A DNA stretch of 64,000 nt, from the NCBI GenBank assembly GCA_035260845.1, contig DATFUL010000002.1, positions 7,033-71,032 on the forward strand. The letters are read 5' to 3'. The position numbers and the translations under genes are program-made. Positions 48,865-58,428 of this stretch are shown piece by piece (position 1 is the stretch's first letter; every line of letters begins with the position of its first letter). The DNA comes from Patescibacteria group bacterium (GTDB lineage: Bacteria; Patescibacteriota; Microgenomatia; UBA8517). Under the pieces are notes generated by a model. It was not told the DNA's origin and made no database searches. It saw nothing but the letters and a program-made list of their open reading frames with translations.

Positions 48865-50352
48865 TTACACCTTCTCTGTAACTCGATATTCTATATATTT
48901 GCCAAGCATTAGTCGAGTATGCGCATCAATTCCAGGTAAAGCTCCAAAGAAAAACCCAGCGACTGGCAATAAAACAAATTCAAAAGGAGTAAGTATTACT
49001 CTCCAAAGCGGATAATCTTTTGGCCTTTCGGGTTTATGAATATTATCAATAAAAATCATAACTAGAAGAAAAATAAGCGCAACAGTAAGAGTCCAAGAAG
49101 ATAATTTTGGAACTGTGTAACCTAGAGCGGTTCTTCCAAAAGCTGGGTTCAATAGTGTTGGAACGGTTAAACCGATTGTAATAATGAACCAATTAACAGG
49201 CCAAAGGAAATGGGCCCAAAGAACCTGGAAGAGCCTTGTTGTTTTTTCCAAAAATGGAATATCGGTTAATAAATAACTTTTAATTATCCAAGGATCGTCA
49301 CTTACCCCCCAAGCCCACCTTTGAATTTGTTGATATTGATTTTTGACAGTTTTCCAAAATGAAGTCGATTGTGGGGCGTCAGCAAAAAGAGGTAAGTAAA
49401 TTGGTTCGACTTCGATTCCACCACCCTTTTTGTAAAAAGTTTTAAAGAATATTCCCCAGTCCTCCGGAATTTTATCTGCATCCCAGTAACCAATTTCATC
49501 CAACAACTTAAAAGATAGGGAATAGTTAGCGGTATTAATTAATCTATCGCGTCTTGCAAGCTGAGAAAGATTTAATATAGACATTAAGGAATTGGGGACA
49601 CGGGTAATTGCTGGAACTTCCCAAATGTTGTTATAAAACATAACCGAAGGCTGCCAAAACATTCTATAACGGTTTGGATTATCCAAAAATTTAAATGTTA
49701 AGGAAGCAAAATGTTTGGGGTGATATTTATGATCGGCGTCACATGAAGTAACTGTAAAGTAATCTATGTTTTTCTTTTCTCGGTCTATATAGTTTTCTTT
49801 GACCCAGATTGCGGCAAAGCGTTCGTTTGAGGCTTTTCCTGCAACCTCACCCATTTCGAGTTCGTGAACAGTAATAAAAATATTTTTAAATATTCCTTTA
49901 AATTTTGCTTTTAAATATTTAACTTTTTCTTCTCTGTCTTCTCTGACTTCTTTTCCTTCCATAGCAAGAACAACGTTAATTTGTTTGGTAGGGAATTCTT
50001 GAGACGCAAGAGAGTTGAAAGTTCTTTCAAGAGTATGAATGGGTTCTTTATAGGTTGGAATAATTACAACATGCTCAACTTTTTCCCAATCAGGAAAGCC
50101 TTTGACGTCACCCATCCAATCATATACTTTTGCAGCCTGAATTCTTAAATGAGCAACAATTGCTGAGATTGCAATTTGAAGGGATTGGAAAAACCAATAA
50201 ATATTAAAAATTAAAACAAAGTAAGCAACAACTTGAGGCATTACAAAAATTCCCCAATAGGGGAAGAGGATAAGATTCCAAGAAGTAAAACCCGGCAAAA
50301 TTTCAAGAAGACGAAGAACTCCTTTTTCGTGTTTTCTAATATAGTCCTTCAT
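48865..50352 (-). CDS. GT2-family membrane glycosyltransferase
   Basis: 'IIPTYKE', 'CDAD', 'IPED', 'QIQRWAWG' (QxxRW). Confidence 0.88.
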   Translation of the reverse strand: MKDYIRKHEKGVLRLLEILPGFTSWNLILFPYWGIFVMPQVVAYFVLIFNIYWFFQSLQIAISAIVAHLRIQAAKVYDWMGDVKGFPDWEKVEHVVIIPTYKEPIHTLERTFNSLASQEFPTKQINVVLAMEGKEVREDREEKVKYLKAKFKGIFKNIFITVHELEMGEVAGKASNERFAAIWVKENYIDREKKNIDYFTVTSCDADHKYHPKHFASLTFKFLDNPNRYRMFWQPSVMFYNNIWEVPAITRVPNSLMSILNLSQLARRDRLINTANYSLSFKLLDEIGYWDADKIPEDWGIFFKTFYKKGGGIEVEPIYLPLFADAPQSTSFWKTVKNQYQQIQRWAWGVSDDPWIIKSYLLTDIPFLEKTTRLFQVLWAHFLWPVNWFIITIGLTVPTLLNPAFGRTALGYTVPKLSSWTLTVALIFLLVMIFIDNIHKPERPKDYPLWRVILTPFEFVLLPVAGFFFGALPGIDAHTRLMLGKYIEYRVTEKV

Positions 50353-50388
50353 ATAATATAAATAGATTATAGCTCTTGACGGGCCTTG

Positions 50389-50415
50389 CCCGCCGAAGCT
50401 GTTAGCGTAGGCGGG
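50389..50415. repeat. Structured ~27-bp repeat, copy 2 (contains metG stop codon)
   Basis: CCCGCCGAAGCTGTTAGCGTAGGCGGG. Confidence 0.75.
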
Positions 50416-51814
50416 GGAATAGCGGAGCCTCTGATTTTATTTTTGGCCCTTTGAATTGATTTTCAATTTTTTGCGCGGTCTCTGGGAGGAAGGGTTTTAA
50501 CTCAAACCCGATCTGACGAATTCGGTCTACACAAATTTGAAGAAAATCTTTCAGCTTTGTTTCATCCTTTATATTCCATGGCTCAGTTTTATTAATCATC
50601 TCATCTAGGGATTTTATCTCTGTCTGAACAATTCCAATTACTTGATCCAACTTGAATTCTTCGACATCTTTTATGTACTCTTTTGTAAATGCAGGTTTAT
50701 ATTCAGTGAAAACATCAACTTTTTCTGAGAGTTTAGCAATCCTTGCAACAACATTTCCCAAACCGTTTGCCAAGTCGGAATTAAACTTTGTATCAAAAGA
50801 TTTCAATGAAATATTTCCATCTGATCCAAACGAAACAGCGGAAATCATCAAATATCTGGCCCCATCGACTCCGTATTTATCTACCAACTGCTTCGGGGTT
50901 ATTACGTTCCCCAGAGATTTGGACATCTTCTGTCCGTAGATTGTAAAAAATCCATGAGCGAAGACTGTGTCTGGTATTTTTTCTCCAGCTGCAATAAGTA
51001 ACGCTTCCCAAATTACTGCATGAAACCAAAGAATATCCTTTGCCATTAAGTGAAGATCGGCTGGCCAGAATTTTTCTTTATCTTCTAAGAATTTTGTCGC
51101 AGAAAAATAATTTATTAATGCATCCACCCAAACATAAATAGTTTGAGATTTATCCCATGGAAGTGGAATTCCCCAAGTGACTCCTTCTCGGGAAACCGAG
51201 ACGTCCTCAATTCCTTGCTCAATACGGCTTAAGATTTCGTTTTTTCTTTCTTCCGGAAGAATGTTATATTCCGCCGACTTTAATTTTGGCAAGACCTTAT
51301 CGTTCACCAACTCTTTGAGTTTTAGAAAATAGTTCTTCTCTTTTTGATACGAAATCTCTTTGTTTGGATGAAGTGGGCATCTGCCGTCGACAAGCTCTGA
51401 TTCTTTGTAAAACCTTTCACAACCAATACAATACGGTCCTTCGTAAATTCCAGAATAAATATAGCCCGCATCGTAAACCTTTTGCAATAGTTCACTAACT
51501 ATTTTTTCATGCCTTGGATCTGTTGTCCTGATAAAAAAATCGTAGTCAATGTTTAGAAGTTTCCAGGCCTCCTTAAATTCTTGGGAAACTTTATCAGCAA
51601 GTTGGATCGGTGTAAGACCTTTTTCTTTGGCTACTGTCTGAATTTTTTGGCCATGTTCATCAGTTCCCACTAAAAAAAAGACATTTTCTTTGCCAAACTT
51701 TCCGCGGTAGTACCTGGCAATAATATCTCCGGCCAAAGTGGTATAGGCGCTCCCGATATGGGGGGCGTCGTTCACATAATAAATAGGAGTTGTGACGTAA
51801 TATTTCTTAGGCAT
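50402..51814 (-). CDS. metG: Methionine--tRNA ligase (short form)
   Basis: 'TTPIYYVN..PHIG', 'GTDEHG', Zn knuckle 'CIGCE', 'KMSKSLGN'. Confidence 0.97.
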   Translation of the reverse strand: MPKKYYVTTPIYYVNDAPHIGSAYTTLAGDIIARYYRGKFGKENVFFLVGTDEHGQKIQTVAKEKGLTPIQLADKVSQEFKEAWKLLNIDYDFFIRTTDPRHEKIVSELLQKVYDAGYIYSGIYEGPYCIGCERFYKESELVDGRCPLHPNKEISYQKEKNYFLKLKELVNDKVLPKLKSAEYNILPEERKNEILSRIEQGIEDVSVSREGVTWGIPLPWDKSQTIYVWVDALINYFSATKFLEDKEKFWPADLHLMAKDILWFHAVIWEALLIAAGEKIPDTVFAHGFFTIYGQKMSKSLGNVITPKQLVDKYGVDGARYLMISAVSFGSDGNISLKSFDTKFNSDLANGLGNVVARIAKLSEKVDVFTEYKPAFTKEYIKDVEEFKLDQVIGIVQTEIKSLDEMINKTEPWNIKDETKLKDFLQICVDRIRQIGFELKPFLPETAQKIENQFKGPKIKSEAPLFPRLR

Positions 51815-51847
51815 GCCTATATTGTACCCTTTTTGAGACTAAAAAGC

Positions 51848-52105
51848 CTATGAAGTTGGTTTAGAAGACTCATTTTTTATTTTGAGGAGGGCCACTAGTT
51901 CATTGATTCGTGGAATATTTATTTCACCATAAGCCACATTGTTTCTTTTAGCTAAAGCTCTTACTAAGCCTCTCATGTTGTCAGTTCTTCCCTCGTCACT
52001 TTGTTCACTGACAAATCCACGAGTATTCTCCATATATCTTGCTCGAAAAGTACTATGATTACCATCTACTCTTATACCGATACTAACTATTCGCCTATCA
52101 ATCAT
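51848..52105 (-). CDS. Small hypothetical protein
   Basis: 85-aa ORF. Confidence 0.5.
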   Translation of the reverse strand: MIDRRIVSIGIRVDGNHSTFRARYMENTRGFVSEQSDEGRTDNMRGLVRALAKRNNVAYGEINIPRINELVALLKIKNESSKPTS

Positions 52106-52142
52106 GATTATGGTTATAAAATATTTTCTTAATTAAGTCAAA

Positions 52143-52475
52143 TTAATCTTTGGTGAATTTCTTGATTCTTTGATCCCAAACATTTGCCCATTCATCGGCT
52201 TCAATATTTTTAATCGCCAGTTTTAAGCCATTTGTTTTTAACAACTTCTCAGTTTCAGTAATTTCTTTTACAGAGGCTTCTAAGTTTGTTTTAATATTTT
52301 CTACGTCTCGGCCTTTTTTAAGCCAGTAGGCGACTGCTAAACGTTTTATATATTTTTCCAGTTCATTATCATCAAAAAAATCTGTTAAGAATAATTCAAT
52401 TTCCTTCGGATTTTTTAAATCAGAGAGCATTTTACTAAGAGTTCTAAGGAGTTGCCTTTTGAGGGAAGAGTTCAT
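52143..52475 (-). CDS. TrpR/YerC-YecD-like HTH protein
   Basis: 'FLTDFFDDNELEKYIKRLAVAYWLKKG...IKTNLEAS..EIT'. Confidence 0.7.
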   Translation of the reverse strand: MNSSLKRQLLRTLSKMLSDLKNPKEIELFLTDFFDDNELEKYIKRLAVAYWLKKGRDVENIKTNLEASVKEITETEKLLKTNGLKLAIKNIEADEWANVWDQRIKKFTKD

Positions 52476-52804
52476 TGAGCGAAATATAACTCCACACATA
52501 TCGCTATTGCAACTATCAAAAGAATGTTAAGAATATTTCCTACTCCTAAGTAGCTTAATATCGCAAAAAAAGTGAGAGCGATAGACACAATAATTCCGCG
52601 TCTGGTGTTGCCAAAAATTAGAGAGAAAGTAAAAAGGAGAACACTAAAAAATAATATAAAAAATATTGGAATAGCTGCAAAAGTTCCTGGATCTATAAAA
52701 TAAACCAACCCAGCAATAAGAAGCCAAAGGACTATTGTTGCAAATAGGGTAGGTAAAAAATTTTTATGTTTAAGTTTTTGCTCTCTTCTTAACTCTTTCT
52801 TCAT
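52472..52804 (-). CDS. Small multi-TM membrane protein
   Basis: Four hydrophobic segments; start ATG 52804. Confidence 0.7.
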   Translation of the reverse strand: MKKELRREQKLKHKNFLPTLFATIVLWLLIAGLVYFIDPGTFAAIPIFFILFFSVLLFTFSLIFGNTRRGIIVSIALTFFAILSYLGVGNILNILLIVAIAICVELYFAQ

Positions 52805-52820
52805 GGCATATAATAGGCGA

Positions 52821-53807
52821 ATGGATCCAGCAATTGTTCTCATTATAGTATTATCCGCCCTGGTTATATTGGCAATTTTTGTTAATAGAAAATTATCAGA
52901 TATTAAAGATTCACAAAAACCATCCGACGAGTTACTTGAGATTATAAAAACTTTACAAACTGGCTCCCGTGAAGACAGGCGCGATTTACTTTCTTCTCTC
53001 CAAAAAAATACTCAAGCTGTTAATGAAAGATTGGACAATGCTGCAAGAGTAATTTCCCAAGTCCAAAAAAATATTGGGGAATTCTCTGAAATTGGCCGTG
53101 GGATGAAAGACTTGCAAGAATTTCTCAATTCCCCAAAACTAAGGGGGAATATGGGAGAGCAAATTTTAAAAGAACTTCTTAAACAATTTTTACCAAGTCA
53201 CGCCTTTGCCATTCAATATACTTTCAAGAGCGGGGAGAAGGTGGACGCAATTATTAAAACTTCTGGTGGAATTATTCCAGTCGACTCAAAATTCCCAATG
53301 GAAAACTTCCGCAAGATGTCTGGAGACGGGGATGAAGTTTTCAAAAAAGGTGCTTCACGCGATTTTCTGAATGATGTTAAAAAACATATAGATGACATAT
53401 CTCGTAAATATATATTAGTTGATGAAGGAACGGTTGATTATGCTTTAATGTACATTCCTTCTGAATCTATTTATTACGAAATAATTAATAACGCCAGTCT
53501 TTTTGATTATTCATCAGAAAAAAGAATCTTAATCGTTTCTCCAAGCACTTTTTACGCTTATATGAAGGCAATCTTAATGAGCTTTGAGGGTCAAAAAATA
53601 GAAGCCCAAGCAAAAATCATTCTTTCCTCACTTCGTTCAATTCACAAAGACTATGGAAGAGTTAACGACAACCTGGGAGTAATGCAGAAGCATTTAACTA
53701 ATGCATACAACATGATGGGTAATGTTTTCTCCTCGTTCAATCAGCTAGGTCAAAAGATTGATTCTATACAAAAGTTGGGTGGGGGCGGGAAAAAAGAATT
53801 GGAATAA
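52821..53807 (+). CDS. rmuC: DNA recombination protein RmuC
   Basis: 'KLRGNMGEQIL', 'PVDSKFP', 'TVDYALMYIPSE', 'VSPST'. Confidence 0.93.
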   Translation: MDPAIVLIIVLSALVILAIFVNRKLSDIKDSQKPSDELLEIIKTLQTGSREDRRDLLSSLQKNTQAVNERLDNAARVISQVQKNIGEFSEIGRGMKDLQEFLNSPKLRGNMGEQILKELLKQFLPSHAFAIQYTFKSGEKVDAIIKTSGGIIPVDSKFPMENFRKMSGDGDEVFKKGASRDFLNDVKKHIDDISRKYILVDEGTVDYALMYIPSESIYYEIINNASLFDYSSEKRILIVSPSTFYAYMKAILMSFEGQKIEAQAKIILSSLRSIHKDYGRVNDNLGVMQKHLTNAYNMMGNVFSSFNQLGQKIDSIQKLGGGGKKELE

Positions 53808-53875
53808 ATCCACAATTGACTTTTTAATTCAAAATATTTTAAGCTAGATATGTAGGAGAAGGGGGGTGATTATTT

Positions 53876-54397
53876 ATGGCATTAAGTTCTTTGGTTAACG
53901 AACTAAAAGATGCGATGATTGCTACTATTAAAGGGGCTTCTGACATGCTGACTGCACTTCGTGAGGGAGTAAAAACTCAAATTACAGGCGGAATGAAAGA
54001 TGTAACTGACGTAGTTGCCGCCGGAGTCCTTTCAGCGAAAGCTACTGGTGTCGCCCTAATTGACGCAGTCAAAAATGTAGTTTCTGCAGCAATAATGGCG
54101 GTAAGTGACACCGGAGGAGACGTAATGACAGCAACTTGGAAAGCTGTCTCTGGTGCGGTTTCTGGGGCTGCCGAGGTTGGTGAAGATGTTGGCGCAGTTG
54201 CAGTTTCTGCTGTAGAAAGTGCAATTGAAACTGCTGGAAAAGCAGGTAAGAGTACCGACGAAGCAGTTAAGATGGCAGTCGGTGGAGCAGTTGAAGCTGC
54301 TGACAAGATCGGTGGCGACGCAGGAAATTCTGTGCGCAGTGCACTTAGATCTGCGGCTTCTCTTCCAAAAGATTTGGTCGAGTCAGCCCTTAAGTAA
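53876..54397 (+). CDS. Ala/Val/Gly-rich repetitive helical hypothetical protein
   Basis: Repeated 'AV.GAV.AA...G.D' units; strong SD GGGGGGTGAT at 53861-70. Confidence 0.8.
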   Translation: MALSSLVNELKDAMIATIKGASDMLTALREGVKTQITGGMKDVTDVVAAGVLSAKATGVALIDAVKNVVSAAIMAVSDTGGDVMTATWKAVSGAVSGAAEVGEDVGAVAVSAVESAIETAGKAGKSTDEAVKMAVGGAVEAADKIGGDAGNSVRSALRSAASLPKDLVESALK

Positions 54398-54412
54398 TTT
54401 GTAGTTCACAAG

Positions 54413-54439
54413 CCTCGCCGGCAGAATGTGTCGGCGAGG
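54413..54439 (+). terminator. GC-rich hairpin after the Ala-rich gene
   Basis: CCTCGCCG/CGGCGAGG perfect 8-bp stem; U-tract weak. Confidence 0.5.
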
Positions 54440-54462
54440 AAGATTTCTGGTATTATTCTTCT

Positions 54463-55032
54463 GTGGTAAACATCTTAGTGCTTCATGGATCCCATGGAAC
54501 TCCATATAAAAATTGGTATCCATATCTCAAGAAAATTGCTTCTAAAAAAGGATATGTTGTGAATATTCCTCAAATGAACTTTATTGAGAGTTTGGATGTT
54601 GAAAAAACTGCTAATAAACTTATTGAAAAAGATTTGATTAATTCTGAAACAACTATAATCGCGCATTCAAGTGGATCGCGTGTGGCTCTGGGAATTTTAA
54701 ATAATCTTCCCAAAAAAATAGTAGTTCAAAAAACAATCATGGTAGCTGGTTTTTCAAATTACAATTTACACCAAGCTCTATTCAGAGTAATTCCTAAAAG
54801 ATTTTACGTAAGGCTCTTCAATGTTAAATGGGATTGGGAGAAAGTTAAGAGTAGTTGTAAGAAATTTATATTTATTTACTCAGATGATGACCCATATGTG
54901 CCAATTGAGCAAGTAAAAATTTTAAATGAGAAATTGGGAGGCAAGTTGATTTGTATTCTTGGAGCTAAGCATTTTTCAGTCAATACAGATCCAAGGTTCA
55001 AAAAATTTCCACAAATGGTTAAATTTATCTGA
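54463..55032 (+). CDS. YdeN/RBBP9-family alpha/beta hydrolase
   Basis: 'LHGSHG...NWYPYL', 'AHSSG', 'SDDDPYVP', 'KHF'. Confidence 0.85.
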   Translation: MVNILVLHGSHGTPYKNWYPYLKKIASKKGYVVNIPQMNFIESLDVEKTANKLIEKDLINSETTIIAHSSGSRVALGILNNLPKKIVVQKTIMVAGFSNYNLHQALFRVIPKRFYVRLFNVKWDWEKVKSSCKKFIFIYSDDDPYVPIEQVKILNEKLGGKLICILGAKHFSVNTDPRFKKFPQMVKFI

Positions 55033-55128
55033 ACCGAGTTATTCTTCATGCCACGACCTTTGTAATTTTTCTTGTTTTGCTCCATCCTATAATTTGATTT
55101 CTAGGCCCCAGAAATATATAATAGCCAC

Positions 55129-55476
55129 ATGTCAAACGGAACTGAATTTAGATTACCTCCAGAGTTGGAACAAGAAATGAGAAAATTTGAGGCTGAAAAA
55201 GCAGCGAAGATGGAGTCAATACACGCTGTTTTTGTAAAAATTGACGAACTTCCACTCATGAATTTTAACTCTGACCTTAAGAAAATGGAGAGGGTCAGGC
55301 CTGGGCAGTTCCACGGTGTAGAACATATTGCGAGACCTAGTGATCTGCTTGATAAAGACTACGGATCACAAGTTGATTTTCTTTTTGATGTCGAGACTCC
55401 AGATTTTGGAAGGGTGATGGACTTAATGACTATGTATGCAGTTGGAGAAGTATTGCATCAAATGGCTAGAGGTTAG
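55129..55476 (+). CDS. Hypothetical protein
   Basis: 115-aa ORF; TATAAT 6 nt before ATG. Confidence 0.65.
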   Translation: MSNGTEFRLPPELEQEMRKFEAEKAAKMESIHAVFVKIDELPLMNFNSDLKKMERVRPGQFHGVEHIARPSDLLDKDYGSQVDFLFDVETPDFGRVMDLMTMYAVGEVLHQMARG

Positions 55477-55522
55477 GTGCAACTTTTGATAAAGTATCAA
55501 TTCTTCATGTTACAATCTCTTC

Positions 55523-58423
55523 GTGGACAAGACTTCAAACCTAAAACTTAACAAAGAACAGCAGGATGCGATTAAATTTGGTGATGGACCACTTTTAATT
55601 ATTGCGGGGGCTGGAACAGGGAAAACTACTGTTATAACCGAGAGAATTAAATATTTAATATTTGGGAAATATGCCAAACCAGAAGAAATCTTGGCATTAA
55701 CTTTTACGGAAAAAGCGGCAAGGGAAATGGAAGAGAGGATAGATGTTGCCATGCCATATGGTTATACGCAGATGTGGGTTATGACTTTCCATTCTTTTTG
55801 TGATCGGATACTTCGGCGAGAAGCTTTACATATTGGACTTGATCCAAAATATAAATTAATGACGGAAGCTGAGAGCATTCAACTTCTAAGATCTAATTTA
55901 TTTAAACTTGAACTTAATTATTTCCGTCCGCTAGGGAACCCAAATAAATTTTTAAGTGGAATGTTACAACATTTCTCGCGTTTACAGGACGAAGACGTAT
56001 CACCCAGCGATTACACCTCATGGGTAAAAGCGCAAAAGGTAAAAGGAAAAGTGAAAAGTGAAAACGATAAGATAGAACTGGAAAAGTGGGAAGAGCTAGC
56101 AAAGGCTTACAAAGCTTACGATGAACTAAAAACAAAAGAAGGCTTAATGGATTTTGGTGATGTGATTGTTAAAACACTAAAACTTTTCCGTGACCGTAAA
56201 AACATATTGGCAAGTTATCAAAAACAATTTAAATATTTATTGGTGGACGAATTTCAGGACACGAATTATGCTCAAAATGAATTAGCTATAATGCTTTCAG
56301 GGAAGTCTAAAAACATTAATGTGGTGGGGGATGATGATCAATCGGTTTACAGGTTCCGCGGTGCTGCTGTAAGTAACATTCTACAGTTCAGAAAAACATT
56401 TCCAAAAACAAAAGTAATAGTACTAACCAAAAATTATCGTTCGACCCAAGAAATTTTGGATAGAAGTCACGATCTTATAGAACACAATAATCCGGATAGA
56501 CTGGAAGTAGTCGAAAAAATTGACAAGAGGCTGATGTCACAAACTGGAAATCCTCCTTTGCAAAATGCTACGGCGGACGCAGTTGAATTTATTCATACCG
56601 ATAGAGTTGAAAATGAATCTGATCAAATCGCCAAGAAAATCTTAGAACTTCAAAAAGAAAACAAATACCAGTACAAAGATTTTGCCATTTTAGTTCGTGC
56701 CAACAACCATTCGGAACCTATTATGCGAGCCTTGTCGCGAAACGGAATTCCGTTTCAGTTTTTGGGGCCAGGCAGACTTTTTAAACAACCAGAAATTATT
56801 GATTTAATTTCGTTCCTTAAAGTTCTTTATGATTTTACCGATTCCGTTTCTTTTTACAGATTATTATCAATCGACCATTTTGGAATAACGGGACGGGAAG
56901 TCGCTGAACTAGGGAATTATGCACGCAAAAACCATACAAGTTTATTTGAAGCGGCAGAAAAAATAGGAAGCGACAGAGTTACAAAGTTAACTGAGTTAAT
57001 CAATAAAAACTTAGACAAAGTTAAGAAAGAATCAGCAGGGCAACTTCTATATTTCTTTTTGGAAGAAACTGGACTTTTACAAAAACTTTTGTCTCCAGAA
57101 AATGCAGAAGCAGAAAAAAGGGCCAAAAATATTTCCAAACTTTTTGACAAATTAAAGTCGTATGAGGCAGATCATGAAGATGCATCTGTAACTGCGATTG
57201 TAGATTGGCTCGACTTATCAATGGAACTGGGGGAGTCCCCACTTGCTGCAAACGAAGACTGGACAGAAATAAATGCAGTAAATATTTTAACAGTCCATAG
57301 TGCAAAAGGATTAGAGTTTCCAGTAGTCTTCTTAGTTAATTTGGTTGCACAAAGATTTCCAAGTATGGAGAGGCGCGAGCAAATTCCAATTCCCGAGAGT
57401 CTTATAAAAGAAGTTTTACCAATTGGGGACTTCCATTTGGAAGAAGAACGCCGTTTATTTTATGTTGGTATGACGAGGGCCAAGGAAAGACTTTTTTTGA
57501 CTGCGGCTGATTACTACGGAGAAGGGAAGAGAGAAAAGAAACTTTCACCGTTTATATTCGAGTCATTGGGAAATAAAGTAGGCGAGTCGGAAAAATATTC
57601 CGCCAATGTTGATCAGTTAACTTTTCTTGATTACGAAACAAAAAATATTCCAGAGGTAATTGTAGCAAGTGAGAAACTCCATATTAACTATCTTTCTTAT
57701 TCCCAAATAGAAACTTTCCAGACTTGCCCAATGCACTACAAACTTCGTTATATTTATAGTTTGCCAACACCGCCCTCTGCATCACAAAGCTTTGGAACGG
57801 CAATGCACGCAACATTAAAAGAGTTTTTTGAAGCCGTTTCCAAAAAAGAAAAACCAACAGATAAATTAATTTATCAACTACTTAATAAAAATTGGATAAG
57901 TGAGGGCTATAAAACAAAATCTCACGAAAGGGAATTCATGCAAAAGGGAAAAGATTATTTAGTTGGGTTTTTGAAAAACAATTTCGACGCAAAGAATTTA
58001 CCAATTGCGATGGAACAAAAGTTCACACTTCCCTTAGGGGATGGACTTAAAATTGGGGGAACAGTAGATAGAATTGATAAACTTCCGGATGACTCAATCG
58101 AAATTATTGATTACAAAACCGGAGCAACAATCCCCACACAGCGCGAGGTTGATAAAAACTTACAATTATCTTTTTACGCTTTAGCAGCTACCAAAATTCA
58201 GGACTTCCCATTTGGTAAAAAACCAGAGCAGATTAAATTATCTTTGTATTATTTGGATTCCCAGGAAAAAATTTCTACAACACGAACTGCAAAACAGTTA
58301 GATGAAGCGATTAAGGAAATATTTAAAGTCAGGGAAGAGATAGAGAAGAGTGACTTTAAATGTAGCAATCACATTTTCTGCCAGATGGGGTGTGAATTTT
58401 CGCTTTTTTGTAAAACGGATTAA
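55523..58423 (+). CDS. UvrD-family helicase fused to C-terminal PD-(D/E)XK (RecB/AdnB-like) nuclease
   Basis: 'AGAGTGKT', 'DEFQD', 'TVHSAKGLEF', 'EERRLFYVGMTRA'; 'LSYSQIETFQTCP', 'GTVDRID...IIDYKTG', C-terminal Cys cluster. Confidence 0.92.
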   Translation: MDKTSNLKLNKEQQDAIKFGDGPLLIIAGAGTGKTTVITERIKYLIFGKYAKPEEILALTFTEKAAREMEERIDVAMPYGYTQMWVMTFHSFCDRILRREALHIGLDPKYKLMTEAESIQLLRSNLFKLELNYFRPLGNPNKFLSGMLQHFSRLQDEDVSPSDYTSWVKAQKVKGKVKSENDKIELEKWEELAKAYKAYDELKTKEGLMDFGDVIVKTLKLFRDRKNILASYQKQFKYLLVDEFQDTNYAQNELAIMLSGKSKNINVVGDDDQSVYRFRGAAVSNILQFRKTFPKTKVIVLTKNYRSTQEILDRSHDLIEHNNPDRLEVVEKIDKRLMSQTGNPPLQNATADAVEFIHTDRVENESDQIAKKILELQKENKYQYKDFAILVRANNHSEPIMRALSRNGIPFQFLGPGRLFKQPEIIDLISFLKVLYDFTDSVSFYRLLSIDHFGITGREVAELGNYARKNHTSLFEAAEKIGSDRVTKLTELINKNLDKVKKESAGQLLYFFLEETGLLQKLLSPENAEAEKRAKNISKLFDKLKSYEADHEDASVTAIVDWLDLSMELGESPLAANEDWTEINAVNILTVHSAKGLEFPVVFLVNLVAQRFPSMERREQIPIPESLIKEVLPIGDFHLEEERRLFYVGMTRAKERLFLTAADYYGEGKREKKLSPFIFESLGNKVGESEKYSANVDQLTFLDYETKNIPEVIVASEKLHINYLSYSQIETFQTCPMHYKLRYIYSLPTPPSASQSFGTAMHATLKEFFEAVSKKEKPTDKLIYQLLNKNWISEGYKTKSHEREFMQKGKDYLVGFLKNNFDAKNLPIAMEQKFTLPLGDGLKIGGTVDRIDKLPDDSIEIIDYKTGATIPTQREVDKNLQLSFYALAATKIQDFPFGKKPEQIKLSLYYLDSQEKISTTRTAKQLDEAIKEIFKVREEIEKSDFKCSNHIFCQMGCEFSLFCKTD
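56551..56577. repeat. Structured ~27-bp repeat, copy 3 (inside helicase reading frame, opposite orientation)
   Basis: Reverse complement TCCGCCGTAGCATTTTGCAAAGGAGGA; encodes PPLQNATAD. Confidence 0.6.
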
Positions 58424-58428
58424 AAATC

